From Diplonema japonicum (Eukaryota; Protista; Euglenozoa: Diplonemea), in assembly GCA_964019335.1 (NCBI GenBank), contig OZ025681.1, positions 372,001 to 436,000 on the forward strand: 64,000 nucleotides of DNA. Direction: 5' to 3'. Positions within the stretch are counted from its first letter, which is position 1. Each line of letters opens with the position of its first letter. The position numbers were made by a program, and so were the translations under genes. Positions 54,895 to 64,000 of this stretch are shown here, in pieces. Below the pieces are notes generated by a model that made no database searches, had not been told where the DNA came from, and saw only the letters and a program-made list of their open reading frames with translations.

Positions 54895-55370
54895 ATTTCT
54901 CTTTTTTTTTTTTTTTTTTGGCGGCCCCTTCCCTCCCGCGGCTCGGCTGTGCAGGGGGGTTGGATTTCTTTTTTTTTTTTTTTTCCAGAGAAGGGGGAGG
55001 AAAGAACTGAAGAACAAAAAAAAGGGGGGGGTAAAAAATCAGGAATAAAAAAGAAAGAAAGAGGAAGAAAAAAAAAAAAACAAAGTAGGTTTCGCGTTTC
55101 ATAAACTGCCCCCGTTTTTTGTTTTGTTTGCTAAATGAAAAGGGAGTGGGGTGGGGGAGGGGGTGTTTTCTAATAGTAACGAAAAAAAAAATGCGAAACA
55201 AAAGACTTTCATTCCCTTTCTTTTTTTTCACTTTCCATCTCTCTCCTTGTTTTCCTTTCCATTCATATTTTCTACATAGGTCCCCTCTGATAACAAGTGT
55301 CGAAAAGAAAAAAAAAAGAAAAAAAGAAAAACTAGTTTGGCGCTTCAAAAAAAAAAAAAAAAAAAAAAAA

Positions 55371-55607
55371 CTCAAAGTGCAGGACAAACCCCCTCATGGA
55401 GGGCCGCCCTTGGGTGGGTTGGGGGTGTCTCCTTCAGGAGCCAGGCGACAGGGACTTCTCCACGTCCTTCGGCTTGACGAAGATCCCCATCTTCCCGGAT
55501 GCACCTACGAGGTGGCGGCGGTCCCCGGTTGTGATCGTGACGAGCACGTCAACCCTTGGGGCCCGTCCATCGTCCTACAGCCCAGCATCTCCTGGATCAG
55601 CTTTCCG
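55371..55607 (-). mobile_element. Element sharing the CTCAAAGT.CAGGACAA 3' end
   Basis: First ~45 bp match 22891-22940; the body differs; flanked by A-runs. Confidence 0.5.
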
Positions 55608-55902
55608 GAAAAAAAAAGAAACATGATGTTTTTCCTATCGATAGATCGCAACAATCTAAACTGCTGCGTCGCATCTGATGTCACCAAAGACCTTGTCCAG
55701 CCCGAAGGTAGACACCTTTGTGGTCCATTTATTTCTATTTTCTTTTTTTCTTTCAAAATAAATTTTCGAAAACAAAGATCTGTGCTCTTAACACACACTT
55801 AGGAATACAAGAGGGAATATCAAACACTGTTTTTTTTTTTTTTTTTTTTTTTTTTCTTTTAAACTCTTTTTTATTCATTTTTTTTTTTCCCCCTCTTCCC
55901 TT

Positions 55903-57543
55903 TCACCACGTTTTCATTCTCTCAGGCAAAGGGCACTCTCCCTCATGAAGCGGAATACCAGAGATGTAATCGGGGTTTTTCAGCCGCATGCCGGTGACAG
56001 AAGTATGGGGATATCTTTTAATGTGAAGATCTGCACCCTTTTTGAAGGAGTTGTAATGGCCCCAAAGTATAACACAGACTTGATCCGTCTTGTGGAAAGA
56101 CCAACCTCCGCAGCGTCCCGTTGATGAAGTCGTTTCCCAACATGATTGAGCACAGCTTTCAAAAGACGTGTCTGATGTTTGAATTCCAGTACTCCCGAGC
56201 TCCCAGAGAGGTGCATAGGTCCAACCGTCTTCGATAAAGGTCGACTGTGTCACGCCAGTGTCCAACATGTGATCGTAAAACCTTGTATTGTTAGCTACTG
56301 GTAGCCCAAGGATGGTGGATCTCTCCCGCATGGCGCGTACAAACCGCAGGACGTTGCTGCTTATTGTTGTGTTTTGTTCGACGACAGCGAAGTTCCCCGG
56401 TTTGAACCCTCTGCTCAGTGAGGTCTTCACCTTCCGTTCCCAGTGCGACAGAGACTTCGTCCCGTAGTGGTTGTACCCTATCCCTGCGGCGCAGCAGTCG
56501 GAGGATGGCATCCGTGGGAACTTCCTACCCTTTCCGACCTCTGCCCATGCTTGGCAGTGTTTTACGTCGTCATTCCACAGTTTCTCCTTACACTTGTCGT
56601 TCTTCCATTTAGAAACCTTCCCTTGTTGAACTGGTATTGTTTTCGCCGGGTTCAGTCCGTGATTCATTTTCATCGCTGTGTGGTTAACAGGAGTATGTAC
56701 CCAACCCACGTGCACTGTGTCGATGCATTTTGTGCGGTACATAACTTTCATATGCCGGCACTCCAAGCAGTAGTTCCACGATCGGGTGTCGCATGGAATG
56801 TTGTTGGCGTTGTGGGCGAGGCAGTCCCCGCCGCTCGACAGGAAGTTCTCGATCATCAGCCCGGCAGGGTGTTCAACATGTCCGGATGTCCCGAACCTCT
56901 CCCACCGTATCGTGTGGTATGCTTCATTTTGATCGCAGTGATCCCGCACGTGGCTAGTCAGATCGCACCCCATAGTCGGGTAGATGAACTCATCGGTGTC
57001 CGCAAAGATGAACTGATCCACGTACTCGTGCACCAGCTCGTAACACGTCTTCGGTGCTATGCAGTTCGGAACCTTCCCACACCCAGCGTGGTACTTCGGC
57101 AACCCTTCCATCACAGTGACGAACCCTCTGTCTTCGTAGATCTTAAGAATCTCGCCTGTCCTGTCGTCCACGCCGGGTAAGTTGTCGTTGATAACCCAAA
57201 CATGACCAATGCCTGAGAGGAGTTGGAGCTCAAGCCATTCTTGAAGCCATGTTGAGGATATGGCGGTGGATGAACAGACCCCAAGGTACCAGTGGTGCTT
57301 CGCGGGGTCCAGATCGGAGAGAGAGGTGCGGCTGCTGAACTGCGGGGTGTCCGTAGGGGACATGGTGGGGAGAGGAGTGAGTTCCACAGCTAGCGCAGCC
57401 GTTGAAACGCGTTTCCCTGCGGTAGAGTTACTGGGCGGTAGAGTTGCGGGGTTTTGATAGAAGTATTTTTCACCATCCATCAAATCCCGAATGAGAAGGA
57501 TGAAGATAATAGTGAGGAGGGCTCTCCTCTCGGTTAGGATCAT
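55903..57543 (-). CDS. GT92/GT-A-like glycosyltransferase with C-terminal PAN/apple-like domain
   Basis: Start MILTERR plus TM; LQEWLELQLLSGIGHVWVINDN; DxD motif FADTDEFIYP; WERFGTSGH; C-terminal CAQSC...CGGWSF...C. Confidence 0.75.
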   Translation of the reverse strand: MILTERRALLTIIFILLIRDLMDGEKYFYQNPATLPPSNSTAGKRVSTAALAVELTPLPTMSPTDTPQFSSRTSLSDLDPAKHHWYLGVCSSTAISSTWLQEWLELQLLSGIGHVWVINDNLPGVDDRTGEILKIYEDRGFVTVMEGLPKYHAGCGKVPNCIAPKTCYELVHEYVDQFIFADTDEFIYPTMGCDLTSHVRDHCDQNEAYHTIRWERFGTSGHVEHPAGLMIENFLSSGGDCLAHNANNIPCDTRSWNYCLECRHMKVMYRTKCIDTVHVGWVHTPVNHTAMKMNHGLNPAKTIPVQQGKVSKWKNDKCKEKLWNDDVKHCQAWAEVGKGRKFPRMPSSDCCAAGIGYNHYGTKSLSHWERKVKTSLSRGFKPGNFAVVEQNTTISSNVLRFVRAMRERSTILGLPVANNTRFYDHMLDTGVTQSTFIEDGWTYAPLWELGSTGIQTSDTSFESCAQSCWETTSSTGRCGGWSFHKTDQVCVILWGHYNSFKKGADLHIKRYPHTSVTGMRLKNPDYISGIPLHEGECPLPERMKTW

Positions 57544-57638
57544 TTTCTTTTTCTTTTCTTTTTTTTCCTTCCCCCCCCCTTTTTTTTTGTTTGAAAAGTC
57601 CAAACGAACAAAAAAAAAAGAGGAAAAAAAAAAATATT

Positions 57639-58493
57639 TCACACGGAAAACGCCTCCCGCTGACCTTCACGCATCCAATTATCCCCGGTGGGAAGGGAAG
57701 GCTTGAGAGGAAGGAACCAAAACAAGGGCCCGTCCTTGCCAAGGGAGGCTTGTATGTTTGCGGTTAGGGTCCCCCTACGGTACGTCACAGGAGTGCGGAA
57801 TGATAAGTCGATGGTGGTCTGGTTGGACACCACAAGGTAGAGATGGAAGGCGAGGAAAAAGAATAATACTATCGCAAAGACAGTGCCTATGACAGAGGAG
57901 AGGAGCAGCAGGGCATGGCACAGTACGTTACGGAAAGTAGACTTCGCAGCGATATATCTGGTAGAAAGAGTAGCTCCGAGCCAGGCCCCATCAAGGACTA
58001 TGTAGAATAGGAACAGAATGAAGTACTTGTGATTTCGATGGCCAATGCAATTATTGACGAAAACACAATGGTGGTCCATCTTTAGTATGCATCGGCCACA
58101 GGCCGAACAGTGGTGTGTCCTGTCTGGCTTAAATACCTCACAGGTTTTGCAGTACCTAGGGTCTCCGTTCTCTTTCAGCTCGTGGCAGGCGATTCTTTTG
58201 TCGGAAAAGGCGAAGTTAATGTCGCCTTGCTCTGCATGTCCAGCGTGCTTCCATTCGTCCCCTACCCCACCCGGGTCCGTCCATACACATCGGCTGTAGG
58301 AAACAAGCAGCAAAAGAACTAGTTGGATCGTAACCCCTGTTTGTACCATCCCCATGTAACCCGTGCACAATAAAGCAGGGTAATTGACGCCCAGTATTAA
58401 CAGATAGACACAGAATACTGGGGTATAAGAGCACACCAAAATTGCCCAGGCGCACAAGCTCGACTTTTCCCAGGGGGAGTGTATGTTGTGCAT
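57639..58493 (-). CDS. DHHC palmitoyltransferase
   Basis: CKTCEVFKPDRTHHCSACGRCILKMDHHCVFVNNCIGHRNHKYF, TDPG, NQTT; likely start MHNIHS. Confidence 0.95.
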   Translation of the reverse strand: MHNIHSPWEKSSLCAWAILVCSYTPVFCVYLLILGVNYPALLCTGYMGMVQTGVTIQLVLLLLVSYSRCVWTDPGGVGDEWKHAGHAEQGDINFAFSDKRIACHELKENGDPRYCKTCEVFKPDRTHHCSACGRCILKMDHHCVFVNNCIGHRNHKYFILFLFYIVLDGAWLGATLSTRYIAAKSTFRNVLCHALLLLSSVIGTVFAIVLFFFLAFHLYLVVSNQTTIDLSFRTPVTYRRGTLTANIQASLGKDGPLFWFLPLKPSLPTGDNWMREGQREAFSV

Positions 58494-58750
58494 ATTTTTT
58501 TTTTTTTCCCCTTTCCCCCCCCTTTTGATTTTTTTATTGGAAAAAAAAGGGGGGGGGGGTAAAAACTTCCTTTTTTTTGTGTTTGAGAGAAAAAAGAAGA
58601 AAACACTAATGCAACACTTGTTTTTTTTTTTTTTTTCCTTTTTTTTTCTTCTGTCGGATGAGTGGAGATGTGGAGTGGGGGGAAGCGCCCCCCTCACATT
58701 CTTTTTTTTCTTCTTCTTCATCCCCCCCCCCCCCCCCCCCCCCCCTAGTG

Positions 58751-59505
58751 TTATTCATCTCTATTGGTAAGCGCAACAATTGCCAGCGCACCTAAAAGCC
58801 CGAATTTCAGATACGGATAATCATTCATCAGAATCGTCACCTTTACAAAAAAAAAAAAAAAAGATTACCTCTCCTTTTTTTTTTTTTTTTCTTCCAAAAC
58901 ATACCATTCCCACATAAGGTAAATACCCTTTCGCCCGTCCCAAAATATGCCGTTTTTCAACCCATTCTTGACCGTTTGTATACAGACTTCTGTCATCTAC
59001 AGGGTTGTTGTCTCCTTTCGTGAGAAGTTGGAATCCATCCCCATAATCATCGTCATCCTGTGAGGTGTGAGGTATTTATTGTGTACACCCACACACCTTT
59101 CGATGGCTCCTGATCACTCGATGGACAATAGGTATCTCCCTCCCCTCTATTTTAAACACCACGATGTCACCAGCGCTGTAGGGTTCATTGTCATGAAGCG
59201 TGAGGAACAGAAGGTCCCCTCTGTAGAAACCAGTTTCCATGGAACCACTGAGAACAACAACGATTGGTGACTCGCTGCAAGTCACGACGGTCAGCCCTCG
59301 CCAGATCATTAATGCGCTGAAAACCACCATTCCTAGAGAGATTACTGAGTGGATAAACTGCCTCGTCTGTGATTTTTGTGATTTTTGTGAGGGTTTCTTT
59401 TTTTTTTTTTCTTTCTTTTTTGTATACGTTTTTCATCACTTCCTTCAAGCTGTAGTACCACTCCAAAAAGAAATCCCTCACCGGCTTCATGAAAAAAACT
59501 GACAT
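58751..59505 (-). CDS. SEC11: Signal peptidase complex catalytic subunit SEC11, 4 exons (59428-59505, 59097-59366, 58905-59057, 58751-58840)
   Basis: [53 protein letters not shown]. Three phase-0 GT-AG introns (61, 39 and 64 nt) give a 196-aa protein. Confidence 0.93.
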
Positions 59506-60856
59506 TTCTATTTTCTTTTTTTTCTTTTCCCCCCTTCCCGCCTTTTTTTTCCCCTCTCTTTTTTTCTGCGGTTGCTGTCTGGTGCCTGCGGTGGCTGTTT
59601 GTCGCGATGAGATGGACGGTATATATAAAAAAAAAAAGTAGTACCAAGGGCGTAAAAACGAAAGGGAAGAGGGGGGGTGAGGGGAAAGCGGTGTTTTTTT
59701 TTTTTTTTTTTTTTTTTTTGGAAAAAAGAAAAGAAAAGAGAAAAAAAGAAGATGTCTTTGAGGGAACCTGCAGTATGTGACAGGATCGCCTAGAAAGAAG
59801 AAAAAAAAAAAAGAAAAGGCCCTCTCTCCTGAGGACCTTTTAATTTTCCTCCTTTTTCCTTTTTTTTTTTTGGGGTGGCTTTTCTTAACTTCCTATTCGC
59901 AAAAAAAAAAATTAAAAAGAGTAAAAAGAGGTCTTTTGCGAGACTTCCCCCGTTCTCACCTGCCATCTGCATCTAAAAGAAATAACACCAATATCTCTAA
60001 AAACCCGACATCAGATCGGGATGGAACGGTGGTTTCCTTCTGCCGTCGGCTCGATATGAGAACAGGGGTGAGCTCACAACAAAGCTAACCAAAAATAAGA
60101 AGAATCACTACGAAGAGTGGGATCAGCGACCCCCCTTTTTTTTCCTTTTCTTTTCTTTACGAATTTTTCTTCTCTTTTCTGTTTCGTTTTCTACTTTTTT
60201 TCTTTTTCTTTGTGAAGAAAAAAAAAAAAAAAAAAAAAAAAAAAACCGTGTCGAAAGGGGACACTCAATAGAAGTAGCGAAATGATTTTTATTCGTTTTA
60301 TGGCCGATGGCCGTTTGAGCTCATTCCTTCCGTCCTCAAAAAGTTCTAACCCGGCATGGCTTTTACTATTTTAATTCCCTTGACCCAGTTTTTTTTTTCT
60401 TTTTTTTTTTTCACAATAAAAGATTGTATAATACCCTATGAAAAGCTGTCATATTTCCTACAGGGTGGTTGGGACTCCGTGGAAATTTGTGAGCCCTCAG
60501 CCTCAAAAATCCCCCGAAGCTCCCCTCAGTAATATCCGCTTTTTAATCGAGTATTATACACTACCACTATTTCTTCTTCTTAAAAAAAAAAAAAAAAAAG
60601 AAAGAAAGAAAAAAAAGAAAACGCAAAAACCCTCCTCCGGAAACGGTATTCCAGAAAGAACGAAAAAAAAGGGGGGGGTGAAATGATAATGAGAAAGCCC
60701 TCCTTTTTTATTTTTCTTTATATTTTTTCTTTTTTATTTTTTTAGTGAAACATCATTTCCCTTCAACAAAAACAAATTTTGAGCAAAAAAAAAAAAAAAA
60801 GAAAAAAAAAAAAAAAAGGAGAGACTTTGCAGACTTTGGTGAGAGTGTGGAAACGA

Positions 60857-63649
60857 TTATTTAGGAGGGTTGAGCTCGGCTTGCGGCATACTCTTCGGGG
60901 AGGGCGCCTGTTCCTGAGGAACCTCAATGTCGCTCTTGTTGTCCTCCAGGTTCTTATCCGGACCATTGACATCGGTGTCCTTGCCCATGGAAAATGCTCC
61001 TACCTTGATGCCACCATTGGAAACGCAACAGTAACAGATGACGCAAACAGCCACAGCTACAGGGATCAGTACGGCAAGGACAATGGCTGCGATCACACCG
61101 TTAGAGAGACCGCTTCCACTGCCTCCTTCGCAGGTGTTCTTTATGAAGACGTTCCTGTCATATACACCAAGCTGCCTCTCGAAGTTGCAGGTGCCATCGC
61201 AGGCAGCAGGGCATACGTCCTTCCCAATGGAGTGCACGTTTGCTCCGGTGTACTTCCTCCAGCATTGCACATCGGTGTCGGGGTTCACACGCGTCCACGT
61301 GCACTTCTTGTGTGCAATGGTGCAGTGCCCGTCAGAGAACCTACGCCAGAAAGCCTCGCAGTTCGGGTCCGCGTCGCACTCTGCCTTGCACTGGTTTAAG
61401 GAGTACGGTTTTTTCTTAGTGTCGGCGACCCTTCCTGAGACGCATGATTTTCCTTCGACAGACTTGCAGTACCCATCCCCTACCTTGTTGTACCCAGGGA
61501 GGACCTCGGTTTCTATTGTGAGCGTCGCGGGGCCTGACACCCCAGCCTCTGCAGCATTCTCCACAGCGCACTTCACAACGTAGGTCATCCCGTAGCCCAC
61601 CTGTTCCTCCCTCATCGTTGAATTGAACGTTAGGCTTGCAATACCCGATTTAACCTCAGCCGTTTTGTGGGGTTTTTCTTTCATGAGCTCTGCAGTATCG
61701 GGGATGTCCGTCTTGGAACCCCTGTGGAGGACACACCATACAGTCATCCCTTCCATGTGACCGTTGGTCTGCACGATGATAGGAACCCCGGCGTCCCCAC
61801 CACTAAGGGGCCACCTGTCCAAGACATGCATGCGAGGCTTCTCACGTTCATAGGACGCTGCCCCGTAGGTATCGAAGCACGACTCGTAGGCACAGCCTTC
61901 CACACGGTTGATCTTCTTTGTGGTCAGTGGTGAAGCGTACAATGTGCATGTTTTTTCTGTGTGGGAGAACGTGAAGCCGCTGCATTTCGTCTCTTCCTCG
62001 CACTGCTTGGCACAGCAGTCGTGGTCCTGTACTACTTCTGCTGCCTTCAGAGTTGCCCCTTCGATGCGCGTCCAGCCGAAAGGGTTGGCCAAGAGCTTGT
62101 ACCCGTTGATGAGGGGTGCCATCCCTTCACGAGAGCACATCCACATGTCGTAGGCCCCGTGCCACTTCCGCACCCCGTTGTCCACATGGATCATCATGCA
62201 TTTGTGGAACCAGGCATCTGAAGGGTCGCGCTTCATGAAGACGAACCCGATGCACAAGACATCCATGTCGCACAGGGCCTGGCATTCTTCTGCGTTGTCG
62301 AAGGGACCAAGTGGCACATCAGGGAGGTGAGGCTCCTGCACAACCAGTGCGCCTTTGTCTTTCCAAGCGTTGCGGGAGGCCTTCGAATCCCCATCGAAAG
62401 GAGCTGTGCGCTGGTACCGAACCCAACGATTGCACCTCGGTCGCTCCTTCCCAGTTGGCTTCTCTCCGTCTTTCGTCGGACACACAGCAGGGCCAACCAC
62501 TCGCACCCCGTAGTGCGTCTTCTGCATCACCTGTGCTTCGATCCAGCAGGTCTCCGCATTCTGACCCCCTGTGGGGTACCCCCATGTCCAATAGCGGCAG
62601 GGATTCGACCCTGTGTAGTTTCGGCACAGTTCCGCGCACATCTTTGCAGTCGGTACTTGATTCCGCTTCCCCAGAATGATGTCATCGGGACCGGGAATGT
62701 CGTGCCCCATGGTGATCCCCCCTTCCGCGCACGGCAGGTCGAACTCATCTTCGTAGTCGGAGATCGGGTGCCTTGCCCCCACCTGCTGCTCGTTCGTCGA
62801 CATCACCGGGTACTCCCCATTTGCATTCACTGACACCACAATGAGGTAGTGCGGGTTGCACTGGTCGGTAGCAGATGTCGTCCGTTGCTTCCTATCCCAC
62901 GAGATTGGGCACCGCTCAGGGGGCTTCGTCCCCATCGGGATCGTGAAGCGGATGTCACACCCTGTTTTCGGGATCTCTTTGAGAAGTCGTGTCTCGTCTT
63001 TGAACTTCGTCGTCTCCCACGACACAGGGTTCTTCAGCCCGCAAGAAGGAACCTTGCGCACTATCTTGGCGAACCCCCAGTAGACACGGTAGTGTGTGAT
63101 ATCGCGTTCATCCGGGGCACGAAGGATCGTGATCTCACCGCCGAATGAGAACCTCCCCGGGTCAGTGTCGACGAAGACAAGGCCTGCAGCGTTCTTCTTT
63201 GGCAAAGCCTTGTCTGATTTGCAGCACATTTCAGTGTTGCAACCGAAGTAGCATGAGACTTGCGATGCATCAGACTTGAGCTTCCACCCAGTCGGGCATG
63301 TGTAGGTGTCGCACTTCGCCTCCACACAACATGTGGCGTCCGTGCACTTGCCTGCGTAATCGTCCCCAAGAACGTAGTTCGCGCACACGATACCATCGGC
63401 GTCATGTCGCAGCACACCTTTCTTGCACGTGTAAGGCGGGATGTCTGCAGGAGGCATCTTGTCTATCAAGTACTGGTACCGTGTGTTCCCGTCTCCCGGC
63501 CTCCTGTTGCAGTACGGCCACTTCGGGTAGTCCTTCTTGTTCTGCGGCGGACCCCAGTCGCGGCAGTCTCTGTTGTCGTAGATATTCCCTTGCACGGCCC
63601 CTGCCAGCAGCATCGTGCAGAACACGACATTGTTCACGCTGTTGTGCAT
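60857..63649 (-). CDS. Cys-rich type-I membrane surface protein with several PAN/apple-like modules
   Basis: Signal peptide; repeated CxxxC...CxxF/W modules (CAELC..CRYWTW, CQALC..CIGFVF, CAKQC..CSGFTF, CKAEC..CEAF); C-terminal TM. Confidence 0.82.
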   Translation of the reverse strand: MHNSVNNVVFCTMLLAGAVQGNIYDNRDCRDWGPPQNKKDYPKWPYCNRRPGDGNTRYQYLIDKMPPADIPPYTCKKGVLRHDADGIVCANYVLGDDYAGKCTDATCCVEAKCDTYTCPTGWKLKSDASQVSCYFGCNTEMCCKSDKALPKKNAAGLVFVDTDPGRFSFGGEITILRAPDERDITHYRVYWGFAKIVRKVPSCGLKNPVSWETTKFKDETRLLKEIPKTGCDIRFTIPMGTKPPERCPISWDRKQRTTSATDQCNPHYLIVVSVNANGEYPVMSTNEQQVGARHPISDYEDEFDLPCAEGGITMGHDIPGPDDIILGKRNQVPTAKMCAELCRNYTGSNPCRYWTWGYPTGGQNAETCWIEAQVMQKTHYGVRVVGPAVCPTKDGEKPTGKERPRCNRWVRYQRTAPFDGDSKASRNAWKDKGALVVQEPHLPDVPLGPFDNAEECQALCDMDVLCIGFVFMKRDPSDAWFHKCMMIHVDNGVRKWHGAYDMWMCSREGMAPLINGYKLLANPFGWTRIEGATLKAAEVVQDHDCCAKQCEEETKCSGFTFSHTEKTCTLYASPLTTKKINRVEGCAYESCFDTYGAASYEREKPRMHVLDRWPLSGGDAGVPIIVQTNGHMEGMTVWCVLHRGSKTDIPDTAELMKEKPHKTAEVKSGIASLTFNSTMREEQVGYGMTYVVKCAVENAAEAGVSGPATLTIETEVLPGYNKVGDGYCKSVEGKSCVSGRVADTKKKPYSLNQCKAECDADPNCEAFWRRFSDGHCTIAHKKCTWTRVNPDTDVQCWRKYTGANVHSIGKDVCPAACDGTCNFERQLGVYDRNVFIKNTCEGGSGSGLSNGVIAAIVLAVLIPVAVAVCVICYCCVSNGGIKVGAFSMGKDTDVNGPDKNLEDNKSDIEVPQEQAPSPKSMPQAELNPPK

Positions 63650-63737
63650 CCTACCTTTGTTGTGTGAGCATGAGTTTGCAAAAAGAAAAATGGGTTTTTA
63701 AAAAGAAAAAAAAAAAGAAGAAAAATATATTCGAGCT

Positions 63738-63998
63738 TTATTGTTTTCCGTTTTCCGCGCCATGAACCCTTTCCTTCACGCGGTCGTGGAGCCGCCTTCG
63801 TTCTTCTGCAAAGTCGGCCTTGCCGTGTACATCTTCGTACGCAGTGCGGGCAAGCGCCTCGTCGTGGAGTGCGGTGGTGAGAACCCCACTTTCGTTGATC
63901 ACATTTTTCATATCAGACATATAATCGTAGCTAGGGTTTCTTTCGTCTGCCTGGTTCCGGACTGACTGCTCTAAGAGGGTTGTGTTGATCTCAGAGGA
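63738..63998 (-). CDS. 3' end of an unknown gene entering from beyond the window
   Basis: The frame is open from the window edge to the TAA at 63738, with coding-like composition. Confidence 0.55.
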   Translation of the reverse strand, partial: SSEINTTLLEQSVRNQADERNPSYDYMSDMKNVINESGVLTTALHDEALARTAYEDVHGKADFAEERRRLHDRVKERVHGAENGKQ

Positions 63999-64000
63999 GC

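Overview
Eukaryotic genomic DNA, most likely from a euglenozoan and probably a diplonemid-type protist (inference). About 19 protein-coding genes all lie on the minus strand in one directional cluster, separated by spacers rich in A/T homopolymers, some under 100 bp. The genes are: three paralogous 2-TM receptors with a degenerate nucleotide-cyclase domain; an EF-hand/WD40 protein; a coiled-coil protein; GH123-like and GH29 glycosidases; a CTL/SLC44 transporter; a zf-UBP/CUE deubiquitinase; a 1.9-kaa mucin-like surface protein; three type-II-membrane beta-helix paralogues; an atypical kinase; a GT92-like transferase; a DHHC palmitoyltransferase; SEC11; a PAN/apple surface protein; and one partial gene at the window edge. 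Six very short GT-AG introns (34-64 nt), mostly A/C-rich, were reconstructed by hand. The spacers hold many mobile-element relics: numerous 5'-truncated copies of one retroelement-like 3' region, co-oriented with the genes and bordered by oligo(T) rather than poly(A) on their sense strand; a Helitron-like family; a piggyBac-like element with ATAT flanks; hAT-like MITEs; and a long foldback. No rRNA, tRNA or CRISPR array was seen. All family assignments come from motif recognition by eye, not from database searches.
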